Assembly (NCBI GenBank): GCA_965208835.1
Contig: OZ242358.1
Coordinates: 2,048,001-2,112,000, forward strand
DNA: 64,000 nucleotides
Reading direction: 5' to 3'
DNA from: Candidatus Latescibacterota bacterium
GTDB lineage: Bacteria; Latescibacterota; UBA2968; GCA-2709665
Program-made: the position numbers and the translations under genes
In this document: positions 54,967 to 64,000 of the stretch, in pieces
Numbering within the stretch: the first letter of the stretch is position 1
Layout: the number at the start of each line of letters is the position of its first letter
Notes under the pieces: generated by a model
What the model was told of the DNA's origin: nothing
What the model saw: the letters and a program-made list of their open reading frames with translations, nothing else
Databases searched by the model: none

Positions 54967-57900
54967 CTACGATTCCTCGCACCATTCCCGGGCGTTCTGG
55001 AAGAGCCGCAGCCAGGGCGAAGCGTCCAGGGAATACTTCCAGGATTCCGGCATCCAGCCCCACTGCCACTTCAGAAAAGTCCGTTCGGGATGAGGCATCA
55101 TCGCCAGGTGACGTCCGTCAGGGGAACAGAGGGCTGCGATGCCATGAGGAGAGCCGTTTGGGTTGTACGGATAGACTTCGCTGATGTGATTCCCGTCGTC
55201 GACGTAACGGACGGGCGCCAGGCTGTTCTGAACGACCATGTCCAGCGTGTTCGGATCGGGGAAATGGATCCTGCCTTCACCGTGAGCAATCCATATACCT
55301 AGTGAAGCCCCCGCCATGTTCCTGAGCATCACCGCCGGACTCTCCTGGACCTGTACCGTGACGAAGCGTGACTCGAAACGCCCCGATGAATTCTGGATAA
55401 AGCGCGGTTGAGTCCTGGTCCCGTTTTCCGGTCGGGGTACCCACCCCAGAAGGGCCAACAACTGGCAGCCGTTGCAAACCCCCAGACTGAACGTATCAGG
55501 GCGTTCGTGGAACGACTGAAATTGATCCTGCAGACCCGGATTGAACCGGATGACCCCCGCCCATCCCTTGGCGGAGTCGAGAACGTCCGCATAACTGAAA
55601 CCACCCACGAAGGCGATGCCACGAAATGCGTCCAGCCGGACCCGGTCGGCGTGAAGATCGGACATCGTCACGTCCCAGGGTTCCATGCCCGCCGCATGGA
55701 ACGCCGAAGCCATCTCACGGTCGCCGTTGCTGCCTTCCTCACGTAGGATGGCAACCGGAATCTTCCTCCGGGCCTCCAGTATTTCGGGCGCGGTCGGCGA
55801 AGGCGTGAACGGAAGCGTGTACGCGGGTTTCGTGCGCTGCCTCAGCGAGAGGCGTTCCTGTTCGACACACTGCGGGTTTGCCTGGAGCCGTTCGAGACGG
55901 TAGCTCGTCTCCTCCCAAATGTCACGCAGATTCGCCACGTCGTCGCTGAGAACGGTCTCGCCGTTTACGGCAATCCGTACGGAAGTATCCGCCGTGGTTC
56001 TACCAATGGGAATACAGGGCACGTCTGCGTACTCCAGGGTCTGGAGAACGTGGGGCGCCTTCCCGGCGTGCACTTCGAATACTAGGCCCATCTCCTCGGC
56101 GAACAGCGACGCGATCGGATCTGACGTTGTCGGCAGATCGATGCTGACGCCGCAATTCCCCGCAAAAGCCATTTCAAGCAGACAAGTGACGATGCCGCCG
56201 TCGCTACGGTCGTGGCCCGCGGCCACATTGTCTTCGGCGATGAGCTGTTGGATGGCATTGAACGCGCGTTTCAGCAAACCGGGATCGTCCACGTCGGGCG
56301 GTGTATCGCCGATCTGGCTGTACACCTGGGCGAGGGCGGAGCCGCCCAGGCGGGTCCGCCCTTTCGAAAGGTCGATAAACAGCAGGCGTCCCTCATCAGG
56401 GAGTTTCAGGTCGGGCGTGACTACCTTCGTGACGTCCGGACTGGTGACATAGGTCGAAACAACCAGGGTGCCCGGTGCGGTTACGGTCTCGTCGTACCCA
56501 TCGGGTCCGGGTGCCAGCGCGGCCATGGAGAGACTGTCCTTCCCGCCGTCTATGGCGATTCCCAGGTCAAGCATAATCTCCACCAGGGACTTGGCTGCAT
56601 CGTATAGCGCGGCGCCTTCGCCCGGCAGTTTCGCGGCCCACATCCAGTTTCCGGAGCACTTAACGTCTTCCAGCGCGCTAACCCGCGCCCATACCAGATT
56701 CGTCAGCGCCTCTCCGACGGTCATCCGGGCCATCGCTTCCGGGTCCAGCAGACCGATTACCGGCTGCTCCCCGATGGACGTTGCGGCCCCGGTAATTCCG
56801 AAATGGCTTTGTGCGATCACGGCGACGTCCGAGACCGTGAGCTGAAGTGGACCCGCGCATTGCTGACGTGCAACCAGGCCCGTGACGCTCCGGTCCACCT
56901 TGTTGGTCAGAAATCGCTTGGAGCCAACCGACACGAGGCGCAGCACCCTCTTCAACGCGGATCCCGCTGTGATGTCCTCCGGTAGTTCGAGTGGCGTCAA
57001 TTCGGGTTGTTTGCGATACAATTCGAAGCTCTTGCGCGGCATGTCGCCCAGCACTTTGTCCAATTCCAGGTCAACCGGCGTGGTGTTGTCGTTTTCGTCG
57101 TAGAGGACAATTCTTCCGTTTCCGGTTACGTGTCCCACAAACGCCGCCTCGATCTTTTCCCGTCGGCACAGTGCCCTGAAGGCCATCTCGTGTCGGTGAT
57201 GCAGAAGCAGGGCGTCGTTTTCCTGGTATTCGGCGCCCCAGATCTCCAGCACGGATAGCGACCGGTCGCCGACGGGCAGCTCGCGAACCTGGATGCGGGC
57301 GCCTTCCGGCGCCACGATTTCCTTGAGTACGTTGCAGTTTCCGCCTGCCCCCTGGTCGTGGATGCTGATGATGGGGTTCTCGTCGCCCATTTCAACGCAG
57401 GCGCGGATTACCCTGTTTACTTTCTGCTCCATTTCCGCATCGCCTCGCTGCACGGCATTGAAGTCCAGTTCCGCCGTATTCTCGCCCTGCACCATCGACG
57501 AAGCCGCTCCACCTCCCATCCCGATACGGTATGCGGGACCTCCGAGTTTGACCACCCACATCTTCTTCTCGGGGCTTCCCTTCGTCGTGTGCCGGGCATC
57601 GATCTGGCCGATGCCCCCGGTGAACATGATGGGTTTAATCCACTCGCGGCGCTCACCGTTCGGCAGTCGCAGACCGAAGGCGCGCGTATAGCCCTGGATG
57701 AGCGGTTCACCAAATTTGTTTCCGTAGTCGGATGCGCCGTTGCTGGCTTCTATCTCGATCCGCAGTGGCGACGCGAAATTGTCGGAATATTCGAACGCCC
57801 GGTCCTCCCAGGGCAACTCATAGCCGGGTATACGGAGATTGCCAACACAGTAGGCTGCGGTGCCGGCGACAACCAGAGAGCCGCGACCGGCGGCATGTAC

Positions 57901-58878
57901 GTCCCGGATACGGCCGCCGGTACCGGTTTCCGCACCCGGGAAAGGCGCGACTCCGGTGGGAAAGTTGTGCGTTTCAGCGGTAAAGATGATATCGTAGTCC
58001 CGTGCGAAAGCTGCGAACGGGCTTGGCTCCCCGGGCCTGACGGGCAGGATGGTTCTCGTGGGATAACCCTTTATACCGCTGGCGTTGTCCCTGAACGCGA
58101 TGCAGCTGTTGCCGGGATTTGCCCTGAGCGGCTGCTGGATCATATCCATGAGATGGGCCGGCATTTCATCGCCGTCGATCGTTAGCCGGCCACGGAAAAA
58201 CCAGTGGCGGGAGTGTTCGCTGTTGGACTGGGCGATGTCGAAACATTCCACGTTCGTGGGATTTCGCCGGAAGTGGTCCAGAAAGAGATCCGTATAATAG
58301 TCGAGGTCCCATTCGTCGAAGGCCAGGCCCATGGTTTGGTTGACGTGTTCCAGCGCGGCCCTGCCCTCCTGGATGAGCGGAACCTCCGACACGGGCTCCG
58401 GTTCAGTGCCGGTTTCGAACGACGACAGAGGCGAGGGGTACTCGCACTCGGTCATGCGGTCGTGGACTGTATCCAGAAACGAGGTCTTCTGGTCCCGGGT
58501 CAGGCCGGGCCGGACCAGATAACGCCTGGATCGTTCGATGCGTGTAATTCCCGTCAGGCCGCACGCGTGGCAGACCGATACGGCATTCGTGGACCAGGCC
58601 GTACTGAAGTTCAGACGCGGTCCAACCTCGACCAACGTACCCTCCCCATCCAGAAACGGCGTCGCGGCGAGCTTTTCCGGTTCGAAGGTCTCGCCAAGAA
58701 GCCAGGCGAGCCGCTTTTGTTCTTCTGCGGTTAACGTCCCGTTCAGTTCGACATTGAAGCAGGCTTCGGTTTCAAGCCTCGCGACTCGGTGAAAGATGCT
58801 CTGTCTGACCTGATTGAGCAGGGTGTCCGTCTGCGTCCGTGAGAGGTACGGCGTGCGGTAATAATGAAGAAGACCCAT
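54967..58878 (-). CDS. purL: Phosphoribosylformylglycinamidine synthase, large single-chain form
   Basis: EVGPR, DRMTE, QSNSEHSRH, ETHN.PT, NAVQRG, HDRSDGG, glutaminase GVCNGCQ and MPHPER. Confidence 0.96.
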   Translation of the reverse strand: MGLLHYYRTPYLSRTQTDTLLNQVRQSIFHRVARLETEACFNVELNGTLTAEEQKRLAWLLGETFEPEKLAATPFLDGEGTLVEVGPRLNFSTAWSTNAVSVCHACGLTGITRIERSRRYLVRPGLTRDQKTSFLDTVHDRMTECEYPSPLSSFETGTEPEPVSEVPLIQEGRAALEHVNQTMGLAFDEWDLDYYTDLFLDHFRRNPTNVECFDIAQSNSEHSRHWFFRGRLTIDGDEMPAHLMDMIQQPLRANPGNSCIAFRDNASGIKGYPTRTILPVRPGEPSPFAAFARDYDIIFTAETHNFPTGVAPFPGAETGTGGRIRDVHAAGRGSLVVAGTAAYCVGNLRIPGYELPWEDRAFEYSDNFASPLRIEIEASNGASDYGNKFGEPLIQGYTRAFGLRLPNGERREWIKPIMFTGGIGQIDARHTTKGSPEKKMWVVKLGGPAYRIGMGGGAASSMVQGENTAELDFNAVQRGDAEMEQKVNRVIRACVEMGDENPIISIHDQGAGGNCNVLKEIVAPEGARIQVRELPVGDRSLSVLEIWGAEYQENDALLLHHRHEMAFRALCRREKIEAAFVGHVTGNGRIVLYDENDNTTPVDLELDKVLGDMPRKSFELYRKQPELTPLELPEDITAGSALKRVLRLVSVGSKRFLTNKVDRSVTGLVARQQCAGPLQLTVSDVAVIAQSHFGITGAATSIGEQPVIGLLDPEAMARMTVGEALTNLVWARVSALEDVKCSGNWMWAAKLPGEGAALYDAAKSLVEIMLDLGIAIDGGKDSLSMAALAPGPDGYDETVTAPGTLVVSTYVTSPDVTKVVTPDLKLPDEGRLLFIDLSKGRTRLGGSALAQVYSQIGDTPPDVDDPGLLKRAFNAIQQLIAEDNVAAGHDRSDGGIVTCLLEMAFAGNCGVSIDLPTTSDPIASLFAEEMGLVFEVHAGKAPHVLQTLEYADVPCIPIGRTTADTSVRIAVNGETVLSDDVANLRDIWEETSYRLERLQANPQCVEQERLSLRQRTKPAYTLPFTPSPTAPEILEARRKIPVAILREEGSNGDREMASAFHAAGMEPWDVTMSDLHADRVRLDAFRGIAFVGGFSYADVLDSAKGWAGVIRFNPGLQDQFQSFHERPDTFSLGVCNGCQLLALLGWVPRPENGTRTQPRFIQNSSGRFESRFVTVQVQESPAVMLRNMAGASLGIWIAHGEGRIHFPDPNTLDMVVQNSLAPVRYVDDGNHISEVYPYNPNGSPHGIAALCSPDGRHLAMMPHPERTFLKWQWGWMPESWKYSLDASPWLRLFQNAREWCEES

Positions 58879-58905
58879 CAATTCCTTTCCGGCGCCGTTA
58901 ATTAG

Positions 58906-59115
58906 GAAGCTGTGTTAGAATTCCCGGCGAGTTCCCGGGCGCGAGCGAAAAAGTGACGGTTAAGAGGCAACAGGGGCGCGCAGCGCTGGCGGGCGAATTC
59001 GACTATGAGAGGCGAGCAAGCGCAGCCTCGATCTCGTAAGACGGGCGAATTTGACCAACGCCGACCGGCGCCTTTGCAGCAGTGCGAAGACCGTTGAGGT
59101 TTCTAGTACAGCTTC
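58906..59115 (+). mobile_element. MITE-like element family B, copy B3 (210 bp)
   Basis: Ends GAAGCTGTGTTAGAATT / TTTCTAGTACAGCTTC; arms align with B1; abuts the HAD gene stop (TTA at 59116-18). Confidence 0.85.
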
Positions 59116-59910
59116 TTAAGCGTCGATACGGGACGGAAGCAATTCCTTTAAGGATCTGATGATTCGATCCGGACGGATTCCACTGTTTTCCGGCAGACCT
59201 GCCCCTTTTGCGTCGTTCCATACGCAGTAGATGCCCAGTCCCTGCGGAACCACCACCTCCCACTCCAGGTTGTCGCCCACCATCCACGCGTCCCCGGGCG
59301 TGGCGTCCAGGCCGCGGAGTGCGTCCATATAGATCCGGGTATCCGGTTTGCCGTAACCACATTCGCCTTCGATGAAAATGGCGTCGAAGAAGGGCGCAAG
59401 ATTGAATCTGCGTATCTTATCCCGCTGGGGCCCGGCGCCCCCGTTGGTTACCAGGGCCATCCTCACACCGCATTCTCGGAGCTTGCGAAGCGTTTCGAGG
59501 GCGCCTGGAAAAGGCTTTATCGTCTTTCCGCGTTCACGTTCGTACGATTCTGCGATCGTTCCCGCCAGTTCCCAGTTTTCAACGCCAAGACGGCAAAGGC
59601 CATGGTGGACGACGCGCTGAATCGCGAGCGGCATGTTCTGGCGGTTCGCCCGATGCCGATTGGGATCGGACCAGAACCACGTTCGGGTTTCGGCCAGCGT
59701 CCTGTACAACTTCTCTCCACCGACCCCCTCAATTCTGTCTGCCACATTGTGGCAGACCCGTTTCCAGCATGGTCCCGCATACGTGGAGTAGGAGACGATG
59801 GTATCGTCCAGATCCATTAGCATCGCGACGGGAAGGTCCAAGACGGAGTCCCTTGCCAGGCCGGGGTCAACTGCCCGCGGGAAGTGATCGTCGTGGTGTG
59901 GGAACGGCAC
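59116..59910 (-). CDS. HAD-superfamily hydrolase
   Basis: DLDDT, VTNG, KPD, MVGDNLEWE; start uncertain. Confidence 0.85.
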   Translation of the reverse strand: MPFPHHDDHFPRAVDPGLARDSVLDLPVAMLMDLDDTIVSYSTYAGPCWKRVCHNVADRIEGVGGEKLYRTLAETRTWFWSDPNRHRANRQNMPLAIQRVVHHGLCRLGVENWELAGTIAESYERERGKTIKPFPGALETLRKLRECGVRMALVTNGGAGPQRDKIRRFNLAPFFDAIFIEGECGYGKPDTRIYMDALRGLDATPGDAWMVGDNLEWEVVVPQGLGIYCVWNDAKGAGLPENSGIRPDRIIRSLKELLPSRIDA

Positions 59911-60097
59911 AACTAATATTAGCGTACGACAATCTATATTGCTAATTTATAAATTTGATAAAATAAATAAATAAATTTTATCGATCTTCCGTGTCCGGAC
60001 GCGGGGTACCATCCCGATTAGACCGGCCTCAAGCCTTGAAACGACGCGTAGAGGAGACCGGGGAAGATGCCGTTCCGTGCGTCGAAGTCGAGCCTAT

Positions 60098-60196
60098 CAG
60101 TCCGTTGATAAAGTCGCTCTGCAGGCGAGGCCGCGCAACGCAGTATTTCGACCGCAAGGGCCGGCCGTAGACCGGATGGGCTTTTTCAACGGACTG
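60098..60196 (-). mobile_element. MITE-like element family A, internally deleted copy A5 (99 bp)
   Basis: TIR CAGTCCGTTGATAAAG / CTTTTTCAACGGACTG; perfect 4-bp CTAT duplication on both sides. Confidence 0.9.
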
Positions 60197-60264
60197 CTAT
60201 GGACGGATTAAGTGGCGGGCGAGTTTACCGGCACGTTAACTTGATGTACCGAACCTGATTTTGA

Positions 60265-60293
60265 TTGACAACCTGATCTGAAGGTTCTATTTT
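60265..60293 (+). promoter_or_regulatory. Putative sigma70 promoter for aldo/keto reductase
   Basis: TTGACA N17 TATTTT; direct repeat AACCTGAT at 60252 and 60270. Confidence 0.5.
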
Positions 60294-60401
60294 TGCCGCC
60301 GTATCCAAGTGATACTGAATTCGGCCTTCGAGGGAATCGCCGGGAGGGAGCCTTCGAGGGCCGTTTTGACATGGTTGTCGGTTGACCTGTTGGGGGAAGT
60401 C

Positions 60402-61355
60402 ATGAAATGTCGTGCGCTCTGTAAGGGCGGTCCCCGTATATCGGAGGTCGGATTCGGCGCCGGACCGTTTCGCGGGTTGGACTGGGGGCCCGTGAATGAC
60501 GAGACGTCGATTCGCGCCGTGCACCGGGCACTCGATCTGGGGGTGACGCTCTTCGATACCGCGGACGCGTACGGAAACGGCCGCAGCGAACGGGTTCTGG
60601 GCAGGGCGCTGGAGGGAAGGCGGGAACGCGTCGTGCTTGCAACCAAGGGCGGCTGGTGGTACGTGGACGGTGCGGCATTCTGTGATTTTTCGCTGATCTA
60701 CCTCTGCCGGGCGCTGGAGGCCAGTCTGCGTTGCCTGCGTACGGACTGTATCGACCTGTATTACATCCACGATCCGGATGTCGAGACCATCCGGCGGGGC
60801 GGCGTTTTCGAATTCCTGACCCGGATGAAATCAGCTGGCACAATCCGCTTGGCAGGCGTATCGATCGATACGGTTGAACAGGGGCGGCTCTGTATCGAAT
60901 CCGGCTGTGTGGATGTGATACAGACCTACTATAATATCCTGGACCAGCGTCCGGACCCAGGGTTGTTCGAGGCGGCGCGAAATGCTGGCGTCGGCACGGT
61001 CATCAAGGCACCGCTGGCGAGAGGTCTGTTGAGCGGGAAATACAGCAGGGACGCCCGATTTCCGGACGGCGATTTCCGGGAAGGCTGGCGGAGGGACGGG
61101 CGATTGCACCGTGCCCTGGCTCAGGTGGCCAGAGTGGAGGCGCTGGTGGGCGGCCGGAGCCCTTCACTTGCGCAGACGGCGCTGCGATTCGTACTGAGCC
61201 ACGAGGCCGTCTCGTGTGTGATCCCGGGCGCCAAGACGCCGGAGCAGGCAGAGGCGAACGCCGCGGCATCGGAAATGGGTTCACTGGATGAAGCCGACGT
61301 AAACGCCCTGAAGATGCTCTACAGGGAGATGGGCGGGCCGATCGATGCGCGTTAG
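60402..61355 (+). CDS. Aldo/keto reductase
   Basis: SEVGFG, FDTADAYGNG.SE, ATK, SL..L.TD.IDLY..H, GVS, PLARGLLSGK, VIPGAK. Confidence 0.92.
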   Translation: MKCRALCKGGPRISEVGFGAGPFRGLDWGPVNDETSIRAVHRALDLGVTLFDTADAYGNGRSERVLGRALEGRRERVVLATKGGWWYVDGAAFCDFSLIYLCRALEASLRCLRTDCIDLYYIHDPDVETIRRGGVFEFLTRMKSAGTIRLAGVSIDTVEQGRLCIESGCVDVIQTYYNILDQRPDPGLFEAARNAGVGTVIKAPLARGLLSGKYSRDARFPDGDFREGWRRDGRLHRALAQVARVEALVGGRSPSLAQTALRFVLSHEAVSCVIPGAKTPEQAEANAAASEMGSLDEADVNALKMLYREMGGPIDAR

Positions 61356-61401
61356 TCCCGGTGCCGCGTGGCAGTTGAATACGAACTCTATTGACGTACT
61401 T

Positions 61402-61441
61402 AAACGAACAAGGCGGGGCTTACACCCCGCCTTGTTCGTTT
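61402..61441. terminator. Bidirectional intrinsic terminator
   Basis: Perfect 17-bp stem AAACGAACAAGGCGGGG/CCCCGCCTTGTTCGTTT between convergent genes. Confidence 0.8.
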
Positions 61442-61466
61442 TCGGATGCCATGCATGGACGCGAAT

Positions 61467-61652
61467 TCAGTCGGCTGCGATACCCAGGTGTTCCACACCC
61501 GAACTCGTCTCGCCCGCCGGCGTCTGCCTGGCATTCTTCATGAACCTCGCGATACGCACCTGAAGGTCCCTGGCTTCCGACTCAAACCGATCCAGCTCGT
61601 CCACAAGATCTTCATAGTCGAGCCGCGGCTCGACACCTGTGCGGTTCGCCAT
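61467..61652 (-). CDS. Hypothetical 61-aa protein with predicted coiled coil
   Basis: RBS AAGGGAG, own promoter-like TTGACC N17 TATATT (61766-61738), downstream terminator. Confidence 0.6.
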   Translation of the reverse strand: MANRTGVEPRLDYEDLVDELDRFESEARDLQVRIARFMKNARQTPAGETSSGVEHLGIAAD

Positions 61653-61798
61653 ACAACGCTCCCTTCGTTCAAGGGGAATCAGGGAGAGGGGGGAGGTGAA
61701 TGCCGTACAAGCTTGCGCTATGTCTGTGAGGGATCAGAATATAGGACAGGGTGCAATTCGGGTCAAGAGCAAAGACGTAGAAAAGGGAAATTGCGCGG

Positions 61799-62743
61799 TC
61801 AGCGCGGTGGTCGACTCTGTGTCCGGGCGTCCATCAGGGCCCGTATCTCGGCTTCACGAGGCAGCGCGGCCTGTGCTCCGACCCGGGTGACCGCGAGGGC
61901 CCCGGCGCAGTTGGCGAAGTCGACCGCGTCTCTCAGCGACCGCATCCGGCCGAGTGCGGCGGCCAGCGCGCCGTTGAAGGCGTCTCCGGCGCCCGTGGTG
62001 TCGCGCGCATCGACCACCGGCGCGGGGACCATTTCGGCTTCCCGGCCTGTCGCCAGAAGCGCGCCGCGTGCGCCGAGGGTGATAATGACGTTGTTCACCC
62101 CGCCGTCCATCAGGATGTCCGCGGCTTGGCGCGCCGTTTTTTCGGTTTCCGGCAGAATGCCGGTCAGAATGCCGGTCTCTGTTTCGTTCGGCGTCAGGAG
62201 AAACAGGCCGGAGAGCAGCTGCGGGGGCAACTTCCGCGCTGGGGCCGGGTTCAGAATAACCGGGACGCCGTGTTTTTTCGCGAGATTCGCCGCGTGCAGA
62301 ACGGTCGGCAATGGCGTTTCAAGCTGAAGCAGGCAGATGGAGACGCGTTCGAAAAGCGAACCGGCAGCGTCGATTTGAACAGGGGAAAGGGCGGCGTTGG
62401 CGCCCGGAACCACGGCGATGACGTTCTCGCCCCTGTCGTCCACCAGGATCGAGGCAATCCCCGAAGGCAGATTCGGATCTTCCATGACGAACGTGGTGTC
62501 GATTCCCTCCGCCTCGAGGCTGCACAGGGCCTGCGAGCCGTAAGCGTCGCTGCCGATCCGGGCGACGAAAGATACAGTCGCGCCTGAGCGCGCGGCGGCT
62601 ACTGCCTGGTTTGCGCCCTTGCCCCCTGGTAAGGTCGAAAACGAACTCGCCATCACGGTCTGGCCGGGGCTCGGCAAGTTCGCCGATTGAACGATCAGGT
62701 CCGTATTGGAGCTGCCGATGACCAGAACCCGAGCCTGTGACAC
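61799..62743 (-). CDS. rbsK: Ribokinase
   Basis: GSSNTDL, PGGKGANQAVAAAR, LLQLE, NPAPA, TPNETE, DTTGAGDAFNG; GTG after GGAG. Confidence 0.93.
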   Translation of the reverse strand: MSQARVLVIGSSNTDLIVQSANLPSPGQTVMASSFSTLPGGKGANQAVAAARSGATVSFVARIGSDAYGSQALCSLEAEGIDTTFVMEDPNLPSGIASILVDDRGENVIAVVPGANAALSPVQIDAAGSLFERVSICLLQLETPLPTVLHAANLAKKHGVPVILNPAPARKLPPQLLSGLFLLTPNETETGILTGILPETEKTARQAADILMDGGVNNVIITLGARGALLATGREAEMVPAPVVDARDTTGAGDAFNGALAAALGRMRSLRDAVDFANCAGALAVTRVGAQAALPREAEIRALMDARTQSRPPR

Positions 62744-62952
62744 GACGGTGATCTCCAAAACTGTCGGACGGCGACGAAAACGGACAGCGGTAGCGGCAGG
62801 GCTGCGGGCAGGCGTGCCCCGGCCCTGATCCGTCCCGCCCGATCGCGTCCTAAGCCAACTCAAATTGGGATGCAAGTTAACCCTATCCGGCCGCGCTCGT
62901 CAAGCCGAACCTGTGTGAATCCCTTCCTGTGTTTCCAATGCAAGCCAGGTTA

Positions 62953-63160
62953 GAAGCCGTCTTAAAACTCCCAGCGGTCTTGGAGGGCTGTGAAAGCGCC
63001 GGTCGCGTTGGTTAAACCCGCCAGTATACAGAGGTCGAGGCTGTGCTTGCTCGCCTCTCTTGGGAGGATTCTCCCGTCGGCGCTGCGTGCCCCTCGCGCC
63101 TCATAACCGATGCTTCTGCGCTCGCACTCGGAAACTCACCGGGAATTCCAAAACAGCTTC
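62953..63160 (-). mobile_element. MITE-like element family B, copy B4 (208 bp)
   Basis: Ends GAAGCCGTCTTAAAACT / AATTCCAAAACAGCTTC; flanks TTA/TCA; arms align with B2. Confidence 0.85.
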
Positions 63161-63173
63161 TCATTGTATTCCC

Positions 63174-63202
63174 TTGACTTGCCTGTGGCGTTTGCTTAAG
63201 TT
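63174..63202 (+). promoter_or_regulatory. Putative sigma70 promoter upstream of the bamD leader
   Basis: TTGACT N17 TAAGTT. Confidence 0.55.
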
Positions 63203-63465
63203 TTTTCGATCTGCGGACGAAAGTGGCACAGGGGCCTCGGTTTCTCGTGTTTTCGGTCTGTCGGCGATCGGGTTGCCGTGCAGGTTTTGTTCGGAACCGT
63301 CCGTGGGTTTCCAGAGTCAAAGGTAGGGGTGTCGGTAGTGACGACCGGCTCCACGGAATGCGCCACTCGAATACGAACGGATTTCCGGGTGGCCGAACGC
63401 GCCGACCGCTCGGGGTTGGGATAAACACGGCCCCGATTTTCTGTTATTACACGATAGGCAAGGGT

Positions 63466-64000
63466 ATGTTGAAGCGGAGTATGGTTGTTCTGTGTTCTCT
63501 TGGCCTGCTGGCAATGGCGGGATGCGCGCAGAACAGATATCGCCACCCCAGCGCGGACCTCTATCTGGAAAAAGCGAATGAGGCGCTGGAGAAGAAGGAC
63601 TGCTGGGAGGCTCAGAAGCTGCTCCGCAATCTGCTTTCGGATTTTCCCGGGTCCCATCTGGTCGATCGCGCCCAGTACAAGCTGGGCTTTGCGTATCTGT
63701 GCAATAGAGACTACGTAACCGCCGTATTTGAATTCGAGCGTCTTCTGAATGAGTTTCCCACCAGTCCGTTTGTCGATCAGGCGCGGTATCAGATCGGCGT
63801 GTGTTATTACCGGCAGTCTCGGGGAATCCACCACGACCAGGACGAGACCCATAAGGCCATCAGGGAGTTTGAACGGTTTATCGAGGACTTTCCAGACAGC
63901 GATCTCGTACCGGGCACCCGTGACAGAATCCGGGAACTACGAACGAAGTTGGCGCGGAAGAAACTCATGGTCGCCGAAAACTACATTCAGTGGGATATGT
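63466..64000 (+). CDS. bamD: Outer membrane protein assembly factor BamD (3' truncated; absent from ORF track)
   Basis: MLKRSMVVLCSLGLLAMAG-C lipobox; TPRs with FPGS, FPTSP, DQDET.KAI..F..FI.DFPDS, KLARKKLMVA..Y. Confidence 0.88.
   Translation, partial: MLKRSMVVLCSLGLLAMAGCAQNRYRHPSADLYLEKANEALEKKDCWEAQKLLRNLLSDFPGSHLVDRAQYKLGFAYLCNRDYVTAVFEFERLLNEFPTSPFVDQARYQIGVCYYRQSRGIHHDQDETHKAIREFERFIEDFPDSDLVPGTRDRIRELRTKLARKKLMVAENYIQWDM

Noticed and set aside
60330-60352. SRP RNA domain IV look-alike (CC-GGGA-GG-GAGC)
   Set aside because: Lacks the conserved CAGG/AGCA symmetric loop

Overview
This is a GC-rich bacterial window, Gram-negative by the presence of BamD; gene content suggests an FCB-type or candidate lineage, but that is inference only. 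In order it contains: the end of a GldG-like/DUF4340 locus and a batA-E (vWA/TPR) cluster; a plant-type threonine synthase and a plant-type cystathionine gamma-synthase separated by a SAM-II-like riboswitch with a terminator/antiterminator platform; several metabolic genes; tRNA-Tyr/Gly/Thr/Trp; and a continuous rpmG-secE-nusG-rplKAJL-rpoBC-str-S10-spc-alpha superoperon (about 15.0-45.5 kb). After that come a GHL10 hydrolase, rlmD, greA, a DapA-family gene, an adk-like gene, a beta-propeller/PP2C sensor phosphatase, folD, large-form purL, a HAD hydrolase, an aldo/keto reductase, an orphan small protein, rbsK and the start of bamD. Nine short TIR-bounded non-coding elements of two families (MITE-like) sit in intergenic gaps, five of them inside the ribosomal superoperon and five abutting stop codons. 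In one family the central ~36-nt cassette occurs in both orientations. RpoB and S12 carry atypical residues at classic rifampicin and streptomycin resistance positions. No transposase, CRISPR array or rRNA was seen. All alignments and RNA pairings were done by eye.
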